Source: Tricharina praecox (taxonomy: Eukaryota). From it: a stretch of 64,000 bases of DNA. The stretch is from the NCBI RefSeq assembly GCF_024521635.1, contig NW_026250434.1:1-64000 (forward strand), written 5' to 3'. Shown piece by piece: positions 1 to 11,944 of this stretch (position 1 is the stretch's first letter; the number at the start of each line of letters is the position of its first letter). The notes below the pieces were generated by a model. The model was not told where the DNA came from. It saw only the letters and a program-made list of their open reading frames with translations, and did not search any database. The translations under genes were made by a program, and so were the position numbers.

Positions 1-639
1 CCATTCAGCTCTACCCGTTCTGCCGATACTTACGTGCACCTCCTACCTCCCACCCACATACATCGTGCTTCCCCCACCATCAAGACCACTACCCCCCCGT
101 CCTCCCAGAATCCTCTCTTCCTCCCGTCTTCGCGCGGCCATTCTTGCCCTACTCGACCTGTTTATCCACGGCCGTTTCGGAGTACCCGGAATCGGTCTTC
201 CTTCTCGGACACCTTCCCACCCTCCCCCCACCACGGTCCATATCGAGCAATCATCCGAACCAGGCAGTATCGAGCATCGCCCGTTGTACCCGTACGCACG
301 CACGTAGCAGCAACAACAGCCGCACCGAAAAGTCCAAGATCCCCCCCCCTCCATCCATCCAATTCGCCCCACCACCCCTCCTTCAGGCCGCCCTGTAAAA
401 TAGGTCGAGTCGAGAACGCCGCGGCCGCACCGTAAAAACGCACAACCTCCATACCCACCACCACCACTACCTCCACCACCTACACCTACACCTACACTAC
501 CTCCACCACCACCTCCGCCATCACCCCATAGTCCATCGACGGACAGAAACGATCGAAACGTATCTCCACGAAACAAAAGAGAAGAGAATAGAAGAAAAGA
601 AAAAGAAGGAAAGAAACCCCAAAGAAGGAAAGAAACGAC

Positions 640-666
640 GAAGAAGAAGAAGAAGAAGAAGAAGAA
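640..666. repeat. (GAA)9 microsatellite in a purine-rich tract
   Basis: Read directly from the sequence. Confidence 0.9.
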
Positions 667-1606
667 AAAAAAAAAAGCGAAGAAAAACGAAAGAAAAAAT
701 CTCCCCTTCTCGCAGACATCTAAAAGACGACCGGTCGCATCCAAACTACTACTACCTACCGCTCCCTCCGCATTTTCTTCTTCCCCACGAGTTAGATATA
801 CCCGCCACTCCCTCAGCCAAAATCTCTCGAGTCCTTCTTCGTTCGGGATCGCCAACGGGGTGTGATCTTCAGAAACTCCCGCTTCCTTCGGCGTATCTCT
901 CCCACACACACGCAGCTGACCGAACTGGTCCGTCGAAAACCACGTCGGTGATATCCTGGACCTGATCCCTGGTGCTCACTATTCGCCTCCCCGGTTTATA
1001 AAGAAGTTTTCGCCTACGTGAGTCCATCCGTGTTTCTTCCTCGTATGCCCCGCCCCACTCCGAGAATACCCACCCTCCATCTCGCACGATTCCAACGATT
1101 CCAACGATTCCAACGATCGAAAACGAGCATCGCAATCCTTTCCTTACCGGCAAGTGTCAGCCATCAATCTTTGGCTCTCGGTTCGTAGCGGGTTCCTTGA
1201 AGCTAATTGTCATAACTGTCCGCAGAAACCCAGAGTATAATCCACAAAGTTACGACCGCCCCGATTACGACTGCCTCTCCGTGTGTGTGCGTTTGCGTGT
1301 GTGCGCTCTACATCGGATACCGGCTTTCTAGGTCCTTTTTCTTTTCTTTTTTGGACACGCGACGATCCTACGGCTTCACTTGATATTCCTCGAGTCATCG
1401 CTCTCTATTTCTCCGCCGCATTCCTTCGTCGTGACCGATAAAGATACCCGTTCCTCGCAGCCCTGGCCATTTGTCGTCGGTGACGATTACTCCCAATCCT
1501 TCCTCTCTCGCTCTCGGCAACTTGCTCCTCGAGTATCAAGTTTGGATTCGTCGACGGACCGTGCTTGAAACTCGACTCATCTCGCGCGCCCATTCAACCC
1601 ATCAGA

Positions 1607-1780
1607 ATGGTCACGGAAACCCTCAGTGCGCAGCCGCAGACTGCTCAGGACAGTGCTCCCATGACCGGTACCCACGCTCAGGCAGCGACCGCGAATGGTA
1701 CGTGTTTTGTCCGTTCTTTCCGATGGCTGCCGATGGAAATGCAACCGCCCGCTCCGGGCGGAGAGATTGGGTGGGAACGG

Positions 1781-1811
<31 letters not shown>

Positions 1812-4800
1812 GGGGGGGGGGGGGGGGAGCGAGAGAGAGGGAGCGAGAGAGGAAGCGAGAGGAAGCGAGCGGTAGAACACGCCTTCGCTTCTTCCCTGCC
1901 AGATACCCTCTTGCGTTCCTATTCCTTCCCGCAATTCCCTCACCCCCACCGTGCCGATAAGGCTCCGTTACCATAGAGAGGAGTGTGTCCGCCATCGAGC
2001 TGAAGCTAATTGGGATCTCAGTTGGCTCGCAATCGCCAGGTGCTAAACCGCAGCCCCCTCCCAAGACGGACAAGCCGAGACCACACGTCTGCCAGACATG
2101 CCAGCGCTCATTCGCTCGTTTGGAGCATCTCAAGCGTCACGAACGCTCGCACACAAAGGAGAAACCATTCGAGTGCCCGGAATGCACGAGATGCTTCGCC
2201 CGGCGCGACCTCCTCCTGCGTCACCAGCAGAAGCTCCACATGACGGCTACCCCCAGTAGCCGCCCAAGAGCGGGTTCCCGCAGGGAGAGCACCAGCTCAG
2301 TCGCCACCACCACCAGCACCGGCAGGGTCCGCAAGAACTCGATGTCGAACGCCACCACCACTCCCGTCAGCAACGGCGATGGCGGAGCGTCCACCATGCG
2401 CGCCCGGCCGCGAGCAAACACCATCGCTCACATCGATTCGTCTACTCTAGGTATGATTGCGAATTCGGGGAGTATGAGTTTGAATCAGGCAGGGAGGGGT
2501 GGTCCTGGCAGAGGCGGCCCGGGTGTTGCAAACATGGGTATTGGAAGTTTCGGTTCCTCAAGTCACCATGGTGAATCCAAGTAGGTTTTAATGAATTACG
2601 ACAATTATGTACTGCTTGAGCTTACGAAGTGAAATCGCAGCCTGCCAAAGATTGATACCTCCATTTCATCGTTAGATCTAGGTGGAATGATGCCCCGCTC
2701 AGCCGGCATGCTGTCGACCTTTGACGATCTTGAAGGCTTCCTGTTTGGTAACACGGTCAACCCCGCGGCGCTGCACTTCAACATGTCGCCACTGCACCAG
2801 CCGATTGGTTCGCCGACGTCGCCGTTTGGACATTCCTATTCCGGCGTTGATAGCACTTACTACTCGGTCGACGACGGTGATGATGACTCGGAGTGGATGC
2901 ACATGCTGGGACAGGGCATGATGGCCGAGCCCGTTGACCAGTCGTCGCCGAGTGCCTTCAGCACGACGTCGGGCGGTGCCATCAGCGAAGTAGTCCTCAG
3001 CGAGCCCATGTGGCAGACACACCACAGTGGCATGCCGTTTTCCGATTTTAGAACGCCGAACTTCAATGATACCCCACCGCCTGGTACCTTCCCATCATAC
3101 AATTCATTAGTATATTCTCGTGTAGATATCTAATGACGTATCTTGAAAACTCCCAGATCCGTTGTCCGTTGAACCGTCCGCGATGCACCAACTCTTTTCC
3201 TCTCAGTACGCGAGCACGCCCACTGACGGTCCGACATCGGGATCGATGCCACCGATGGGCGGCAACAACAACCATAACAACCACAGCCACCATAATAGTA
3301 ATAACAACAGCAGCAGCAGCAATAGCAGCAGCAGCAACAGCATCAACCTAATCCGCCAACTCTCGGCGGCGGCGGAGTCGGTCACGGATGCCACACGCAC
3401 CGCCCTGGCCACCACCTTGGTACAGAACTCGGGGTTCGGAGTCGGGGGCCACGGCCACGGCCACGGTCACAGTCACGGCAGACGGCAGTCGCTCAGTGCC
3501 CAGTCACTGAATCCCAATTTCCCAAAGCAAGGCATCAACCTTCCTCACACGAAGGAACTCCAGCGATACGTTGATGCATACATCCGATTCTTCCACCCGC
3601 ACCTCCCCTTCCTTCACCTTCCCACCTTGCGCTTCGACCCGTCGTACAGCAGCGGTCAGCACTCGAACGGAAGGGAGTTCCTCGTGCTCTCCATCGCCGC
3701 GGTTGGCGCGCTCTACGAGTTTGAGCCACAGGCGGCCGGCGAGCTCTTTGAGGCGGCGAAGAAGACGGTCGAAATATTTATTGAGGAACGGCGGAAGGCG
3801 GCGGTTAGCGCGGCCACCAATGGACTGCACAGCTCGAGCTCCGGAACCGATACGCCCGTCTGGCTCGTTCAGGCGATGCTCCTCAATGTCATCTTCGGAC
3901 TTCAGTGCGGCGATCGCATGGCCGGAGAAGTCGCCCAGAGCCACGTGTCGACCCTGGTCCAGCTGGCGAGAGCCGCTAGCTTGACACGGCCGGCGCCTTT
4001 GCCGACCGCGAACTCCTACCAACATCAGCATCAGCACCAGCATCAGCACCACCAGCACCAGCAGCAGGATGATACGGACATCCAGATGGCGGATCTCGAG
4101 TTGTCGCCGTTCGGTGGAAGCATGGGTAGCGATGGATGGTCCGGGCTGGGAATCAAGGTGGAGGCGGATGACAGCGTGGAGTGGTCCAATTGGATTCTGG
4201 CGGAGGAGAGGAAGAGGACTCTGTTCGCCGTTCACTTCCTGTCCAGTCTTCTCGTCGCGGCTCACAACCAGGACCCGAAGCTGGTCAACAACGAGATCCG
4301 TCTGGACCTGCCGTGCAGCGAGGAGTTCTGGACCGCGCCGACCGCAAACGCGTGGAGCCAGAAGGGAGGATACATGGCGGCCACTCAGAGCTCGCCAAAC
4401 TTTGCCGCTGCTCTCAATGGCCTCCTGTCGGCCGGACAACAGCAGCAGCAGCAGCAGCAGTACGGTTCGACGAATTCCTTCCAGCATTTCTCGAATGGCC
4501 ACCAAGGCGGAATCCAGCCCTACCCACCGCCGGGGGTCGTGCCGAGCACCTTTGGATGTCTCGTCTTGATCTGCGCTCTCCACGTGTACATCTGGGAGAC
4601 CAGACAGAGCAATCAGGCACGACACTGGACTTCGACCGAAGCCGAGAACATGCACGCGCACATCGAGCCCGGACTGAAGGCATGGCAGTCGGCGTGGTAT
4701 CTGACCCCGCACCACAGCATCGAGCGACCGAACCCGTTCAATATGGGTACCCTTTCCGCCGACTGCATCCCGCTCCTCGATCTTGCGTACATCCGTCTGT

Positions 4801-5639
4801 TCGTCGACCTCGGAAGGGCAAAGGAGTTTTTCTGGGCCCGCGACTACGAGGGCATGGCCGATGAGATTGCCAAGGGCTGGGAGAATGGCCAGAGCACGCC
4901 CATATCTTCGGCGTCGTCCATCTCGGCACGGTCCGACTCGTCCTTCTCGAACGCCATCTCTCCCCCGTCCTCTCCCGGGTCGGCTTCGCCGTCGCCCAAC
5001 CTCGGACCCATCAAGATGGAGCCCGAGATTCCCCGATACAGCGATTCTTCCCTCCTCCACATGCTGCCCTCCACCAACTACAACACGAACCTCGGTGGTG
5101 CGTACTCGAGACGGGAGAAGCACCTGCGCAGAGCCGCCTTTTACGCTGCGGATTCTCTCGCCATGTCGGACACGCTGTGCACGTCCAAGACGACATCGTA
5201 CGCTGCGAGCCAGGAGCTGTGCCGCGAGCTACCGATCCAGTCGGCACTGTGCACATTCGATTGCGCCCAGGTCCTAGCCGAGTGGATCGCGACGGTGCAG
5301 ATGCGAGTCGCGCCGTACATGGGACTCATGACGACGGAGCACTGCGACCTGGACAGCCTTGAGGCGTTGATGATCTTGGAGACCGAGGACCGCAAGTTGC
5401 TCGGCAAGGTCAGGGACATGCTGCAGACGGCAGAGTCGAAGGTTTCCATGGAACAGCCGCGGACGGACCACCCATTCGTCCTCAACAGCGGCCTCGGTCC
5501 TACTGTGCTGCGGGTGAGTGCGTATCTGCTCGAGCAAGCGGTCGTATGGCCTGCTACTCGGCTCATGGCGCAAGCACTCCGCGCACACGCAGACCACATG
5601 GATACCCGAACTCGGAGCGTGCTGCCACTCCAGAACTGA
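1607..5639 (+). CDS. amdX: C2H2 zinc-finger transcription factor with fungal-specific TF middle domain (AmdX/Rsf2/Adr1-like); 4 exons approx. 1607-1697, 2022-2580, 2641-3083, 3157-5639
   Basis: Two C2H2 fingers (KPRPHVCQTCQRSFARLEHLKRHERSHTKEKPFECPECTRCFARRDLLLRHQQKLH) and Fungal_trans-type motifs (YIRFFHPHLPFLHLPT; WILAEERKRT; LPCSEEFW). The three GT-AG introns join the exons in phase. Confidence 0.88.
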
Positions 5640-8181
5640 GCGGATCGCCCCCGGCACTGCCCGCGCACAGCCACTTCAACATGACTGCCCGAATCTGCGC
5701 CGTCCTCTGCATTCCCGGCTATACCTTCGCCCTCCCCCACTGAAGCCCTGTTAATTCACCTTTCCATCTATATTCATCAACCACCTTTCCTCCCTCCTCC
5801 TCCAGCATCCTGCCGGCGATACTGGAGGACTTTTGACAGTATTCATCCACTTACGGACTTTATTCCGATCTGATCCCTCACCTCTCTAGGAGAGAGGGCT
5901 CCGAATTTCCGAGGAGGTGGAACGAATCAGGTCTTGGGTTTCATCAAGTTCCAAGTTGCCAAGTAGTACGCCAAGCTGCTTGGCTTCCTGCTTCTGTATT
6001 CCCTGAATTTATCGTGTGCTATTTCGAGTTGTCTTTGGCATTGTACTGTTGTTGCCCTCCCGCGTGTATTTTTTGTGTGATTGCGAGTCTGCTTCTATGT
6101 TGATGATTATGAGGGATGATGATTTCCCGCCTGGACTTTTTTGTTTTCTTTTTCTTCCTTGAGTTTCTCGGTTCCACGGCAGCGCACTGAGACTGTGGCG
6201 GTCATGAGCCCGTGAGTAAATATTTCGGTTTGGTTTGGGGGTTTAAAACATTTTTTCTTTTTCTTTTCACTATTACGCTTTTACTTTGTTTCTGGGGGTT
6301 ATGGCTTGGTCGGGCTGGTTGGTCTTTTTCTGGGGGCGGGGCGGAGGGGGGGGGGGGGGGGGGGGGGGCGGTTCTGGTTATGTATGGGTTATGTATGGGT
6401 TTCCTTCTTGTCATGTCACGGATGAGTGTGTGTCTGTCTACAAATATGTATTCGAGTGTGGATTCTTGGGGATTTTATTTCTTATTGCCTTGGATTGTGT
6501 TTGTGTGTTTTTGCGTCCATGTGTTATGTGTGCGCTTGTGCTTGTGTTTTGTGCTTGTGGCTTTGATAAGTGTGCCTGTGAGTGTCTGTGTGCGGTGTAC
6601 GGAGCATGTATTTCTTCTGATTTCTTTCATAGTTTTTCTTCCCAGCCGATCTGTCTGTCTGTCTATCTGTCTGTCTATGGAGTGGGGCGTGAAAACGGTG
6701 TTTGGTGAGATGTTTTTGATTATAGTTTTTTCATGTTCACTTTACTTGACGACTTTGTATGGGGGGGGGGAGAGGGGAATAAACGGGATATTTGTGAGGA
6801 TTTGTGGGGATTTGTGGGAATTGGACGCGGGAATTGGAATTGAATATGAATATGAGGATTAAAGACGATGTGCGGCTGTGATGTGATGTGATTTGATTGG
6901 GTGTGATGTTGATGTGATGTGATATGCTATTGTACTGCTATGATGTTATGCTGTTGTGCTAGCGATGAGTTACGAGTTTACAATGGACACTCGAGATGGA
7001 ATTCTCTAGAGCAATACCGGTACCTATCGATGCTTCTCTCTCTTAGAGACGAATAGACCTTCGATGCGGTGATGTCGAGTGCCCATTGCCCAGTTCCCAG
7101 TTCCCAGTACTCAGTGCCCACTGCCCAGTGTCTACAAGGCATTTGGAGTCTCGGAAGTTAGAATCTTGGAAGTAGGAAGTCGGAAGTTGGGTGTGGTAAA
7201 TTTTCATACCAAGTGTGTGGGGTGCACACTTACCTGTTACACAGGAGATCACTCGCGCCATCCGCTGTCCGTCGTCCGCCGGTTTCGAAACTCTATTCTA
7301 GTCTGCTTTGCGGTCCTATGTTACTTTGACAGTAGGTTGGTGCTCGCTCCTACTTCTCGATCAATTTAGCCCAGGTAGTAGGTAGTAGGGAGTAGGTATC
7401 GCATCCTCCGGTTACCTACGATACATATTTCGCTCTCGCCGGGAGCAGCGAGCAGTGAGCAGCCAGAAGTGAGCAGCGAGCAGCGAGCAGTGAGCAGCGA
7501 GAAGTGAGCAGCGGGTATGATCTTAGAGTAACTATAGAATGACGAGCACGACGAGCAAGCCTTCGAGTCTTCGAGCCTTCGAGTCTTCGACGGCAAGAAG
7601 TCGACTGTCGAAATCGCCCATCATGTCTGTGCTGGGTCGAAGGCCGCAGGTCGCAAGCAACAGCACAGCCGCGTTGCTGCAATGGCTGCAATGGCTGCTG
7701 GATGTATACTCTAGTATCACAAGGCTGTGTCTAATATTCTCTGCTCTGCCGGCATAGAAACGGCGAAACGGCGAAACTACTCTACCTACATCATTGGACG
7801 ACGGGATACTGGTCTGCCAGGGGTGCACCGGTGGACAGGTGTACCGGTGGGCAGCAGCGGATCGGCATTGGTTTGGCACGTCGTACACACGTCTGCACAA
7901 GGTGATTGGACTTTTTTTGCGGGGGCCTGGCATCGAGTAGCACAATGAGACCAATAGGTGGACTGTCACACAGGGTAGACGATCGAGTTCCTGTGTATAG
8001 CCACAGAGCTCAGAGTTGCATATGAGCTGCATCTGAGCTATGCGTCCGTTTCCCCTACGGGTTTGTTATGATATATCATTCTCTGATCGTGCGAACATTC
8101 CTAGGAACCCAAGGCAGCAGCTCATCAGCCACAGCTGAATACAGCTGAACAGAACAACCAACGGAAAGCAGAGCGGTTATC

Positions 8182-8766
8182 ATGTCGCGGTGGTCACTGG
8201 TGACGTCGCGCGTCCTCTTACTCCGCAAACTCCAGCGGTGTAAAGTAAAGTAGGTAGTTGGGCACGATGGATGAGGCGGAGTCGAGAACAACTCGTCACC
8301 CAGGGATTGGAGGGTGCCCAAGTCCCTACTGCAGGGAGTGCCGCAGCTCTCACCAGACATCATTCGCCGCGACCTCCAGCCGGCGCGGCGCAGCACCCAC
8401 GGCCTGATCTTCCGCGGCCCAGGATGCATCTTCACCGTGGGCACTGCCGCCCTAACCGACCGCTTCCTGCTGAAAGACGACACCGGCGCCTGGTACCTCT
8501 TCAACATCGACTGGTCCACGCTCTCGGGCGGCGGCGGCGTTGCCCCCGCCCTCGCCGCCTTCAGCATCAACCTCTGGCAATCCCACAGGTGCACGTCTGC
8601 CGGCCTCGTGGACCTGTACTGGGCCGTTCACGACTTCGACTTCGATTCCAACGCCGTCGACACTCTACCACGCACCTTCGCGCACTCGGAGATGACGCAC
8701 GACATCACGCGGACCCTGGTGGCCACCGCGGGACTTCAGTCGCGAATTGACGAGTTACTTCGATAG
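8182..8766 (+). CDS. Hypothetical protein, 2 exons (approx. 8182-8249, 8304-8766)
   Basis: ATG at 8182; GTAGGT donor and CCCAG acceptor are both phase 2; exon 2 has a strong C-ending codon bias. No family recognised. Confidence 0.45.
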
Positions 8767-9551
8767 CTCCCTGTGGGATGCGATGAATGCTCCGCATTCT
8801 CCCAGGATCCTGCCCGGGACTGGCCTCGCAATGTTTGTGGGTAGGAATACGAGGAAGGAGCAGGCTTGGTGCTTGGGTTAACTACCTACTTACCTACATA
8901 CCATAGGTCGTTACGTGCGTGGATATGTACTCCACCAGCTTTGCTCAATGTCCTGGCGAGAAACAGGCACCTAATGCACTCTCACAGTCTCACCATGTAT
9001 GTAGTACTTAGGTGGGAGGAGCTCGAGTGGCTCGACAGCTGATCGCCCGACTCCTGAGGATTTCTGCTTTCTTGTGTTCTATCTATGTAGAATACCTATT
9101 TATGTCTCTCCGGTTTTCCCTTCATTTCGTCAAGCCCGCCGCCGCCGGTCTCGAACTGCGGGCTCCGGGCCCCGAGGGGCATCTCACAATTGCCGAAAAG
9201 ATACCCATCATATATACTCCCGCATTTGCGAACGTCGAGTACATCAGTAGTTATCGGCGCCGGCAAGTGGGTCTATACTTACTCTACCTACTCTATAGTA
9301 CACTGGTAGACTGTAGTGATAACAGGTGATTGAACACGGATACCGACTGGTTAGTTTGTGGTGGATGGGTCGTAGGATTTATGCACATATCACTAGGTAT
9401 TAGGTCCCAATAACTATCTCCTTCATTAACCTACTTAGGTAACTACGACTTCGTCCAGAATGAGCCTGCGAGTAACGATCATGATCCACCATGCGTGCGT
9501 ACATACTTAGACAGGTTATGTACTGGTATCAAGCACACCCGCAGTGGCAAC

Positions 9552-10086
9552 CAGTGTTCTCCATAGTCCAGTCCAGTCCAGTCCAGTCCGTTCGGAGGTG
9601 TCTGTCGGCAGGACGGACTACCTAGTGCACCAGTAAGGTCGACGGGACGGACTTTAATCGACTGCAGTCGACTGGCAAGACCGGTAAAAAAATCACAAGG
9701 CGACATGAATCACAAGAGAAATCGCTGCGCGCGTATTATCGGTGGTTGTATGTAGTGGCTGAGGGAAGTATGAGTGTACTACATATAGTATGAGCACGGG
9801 CTGAAGATGACCCCGCTGCGTTGCTGGTACCTACTGGACGAAAGTGAACACACGATAGTGGGAAATACTCATATTTGGTGGGGTAAGTGCTGAAAAAAAG
9901 TGGCACTTTTTTTCACTACCGGACTGCAGTCGACTGCAGTCCAACCCCGTCCAGCAAATTGGCGGACGGGACAGACTACCTTCTTTTATCCCGTCCTCCA
10001 AAAGACACGGACGGGACTGGATCTTGGCAGTCCGTCCCGCCCGGACTGTCCGGACTGCAGTTTGGACCGAAATATGGAGAATACTG
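9552..10086. mobile_element. Non-autonomous hAT-type element (MITE), 535 bp
   Basis: 14-bp TIRs CAGTGTTCTCCATA / TATGGAGAATACTG (1 mismatch); 8-bp TSD GTGGCAAC (9544-9551) / GTGGCCAC (10087-10094); many subterminal CAGTC/GGACT/GGACG motifs; no coding capacity. Confidence 0.88.
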
Positions 10087-10309
10087 GTGGCCACTGGCTG
10101 TTTGTCGATCACATTCCGTTCCACCTCGGTACGTAACAGCACGCAGCGGGAATCAAAGCTAAACGCCGACGATGGATCGCCTTGCTCTGCACTTTTCAAC
10201 CTCGTACATAATCTCATTTGATCACCGCCTCGTATGAAGTATGTACCTAAAACATAGGGTTCCCCACTAGATTCCGCCATTCTCCACCGCCATTAATACT
10301 CTCTATACC

Positions 10310-11944
10310 CTAAATTCTCGTGCATGTTCCAAATTCCTTAAGCATTAGGCCAATAGTGACCATCCCTCCAATCGCTGCGGCGGAGTAAACCACGAATGGT
10401 ACTATAGCTATTATAATCATTGCAAGCATTGCCCTAGGATAGGCAGAGCCGGTGGACTTCAATTGTGCAAAGCTGTTGATACCTGCTCTGACTACCGGCG
10501 CCACCAATCCGTTACTGATACCTACCGTCAACCATAGCATTGACCACACACGCTGCGCTAGCGTACTATTTGCGGGCCGAAAACGAGTAAGGGCATGTAT
10601 GGTAACGTAGGGTAAAATGGAAAGCAATTCGACAATCCCTATGCACCTCATGGCCCTCACTCCAGCCATTTCCCGAAAACACGAATCTTGAGAAGGAAAG
10701 GCAGAACATGCTGGGATAGTAATATCCGCTTTCCAAGCTTCAACGAAACCGTATGTCCGTTCTTCGGATCCAATCCTGACTGTGCTCGGGGCGCCGGTTT
10801 CGTCCTCGACTCCGAAAGTCGCGAATTTTTGGTCTTCCCCACCCGCACTGGCCTCAACAACCTTCCCAACCACACCATCAAACAGTCCTCCGCATGCTCT
10901 CGCCTCATCCATCTCGCGCGAGCTGACCAGATACAGGGTTGGGTATTCTGGGGTTAATAAACTCCCGACGAGGTTGACGATGGACATCATGGCGTATGGA
11001 ATGACCGTAAGACCGAACGCCGAGTATCCATATCTTTCGATCTGGGCCCCCCGAGTTCGATACAGGATAATTGCCGATGATATGGATTGACCGACCGCGA
11101 TCACGATCTTCAGCGCATTGTAGGACGAGGATATACGGACGCCATTAGGAGCCTGGTCTTGCTCAATGGGGATCACTGTGGCGTGCGACGGCAGGATTGC
11201 TAGCCGGTAGCCCTTTGGCAGCTTATATAGGCCATGAACGATACGTGATCCTTCCATCCCGGCGTCGACTAGAGGGTTAAGTGATTCGGATAAGAACCAC
11301 TTGGGTTTACCGACACACATTAAGATTGACTGTGGACCGACAGAACCGCTTCGAACACAGGTTAGCCGGTGTAGTGTCTCCAACGGATGAGCGTACAATG
11401 AAACCTACCTCGGGATCTCCATCTGGCTCTCCTTCGTGGGAGAAGACACTCCTTGGTGCGCGTCGAGGGTTTCCTCCGTATCGATCGTCGAGTTGACCTT
11501 CCGTTGATCGATTATAGGGAAAACCTGGCCGCCCTTAGGTTTCCACTTTGGTGAGCGGATGACTACACAGAGCGCCTCTGCAATAGCTGCTCGCCCGAGT
11601 TCATCCTTAGTACGTATGGCACAACGCATTATCCCATTTATTCCTCGATACATCCCAGCGTAGGGGTAGAACAGGGCGAGCACGGAACTGATGACAGTGG
11701 ACCGGAACCTCTCGCCGGGTAGAGGATTGACGGTTGCCGCATGCGCAAAATAGTTGAGCAGGAAGAACAATGCGAAGTCGCTCCAAGAGGTGGGTAGACA
11801 CAAAAGATTTGGGTCACCGTGGTTGGTAGCTCCTTCGGGAAGGGAGACGGAAGTGTTGTGAGGGTGGGCGGAAGCGGCGCGGAGGAGGAGAAGCCAGGCA
11901 AGAGTGAAACCGCCTCCCCACCGGTAGCAATAGGATGTGAACAT
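10310..11944 (-). CDS. Hypothetical multi-pass membrane protein with probable signal peptide, 2 exons (intron approx. 11408-11331)
   Basis: Two long ORFs (11405-12010 and 10310-11398) can be joined via a GTAGGT donor and GCTAAC branch. There is a hydrophobic N-terminus and several TM-like segments. Motifs CLPTSWSDFALFFLLNYFAHAATV and YGYSAFGLTVIPYAMMSIVNL resemble an uncharacterised ascomycete family. Confidence 0.75.

Noticed and set aside
43..909. 288-aa minus-strand ORF
   Set aside because: Low-complexity translation of microsatellites (poly-F, poly-G) with no domain.
1000..1230. TPP riboswitch in the candidate 5' UTR intron
   Set aside because: No CTGAGA or other TPP aptamer core found, and the gene is not thiamine-related.
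3504..5123. 539-aa antisense ORF (likewise 26143-27297 and 54842-55714)
   Set aside because: Shadow ORFs opposite GC3-rich genuine genes.
6212..6862. 216-aa hydrophobic ORF
   Set aside because: T/G-rich 3' UTR-like sequence that gives spurious hydrophobic translations.
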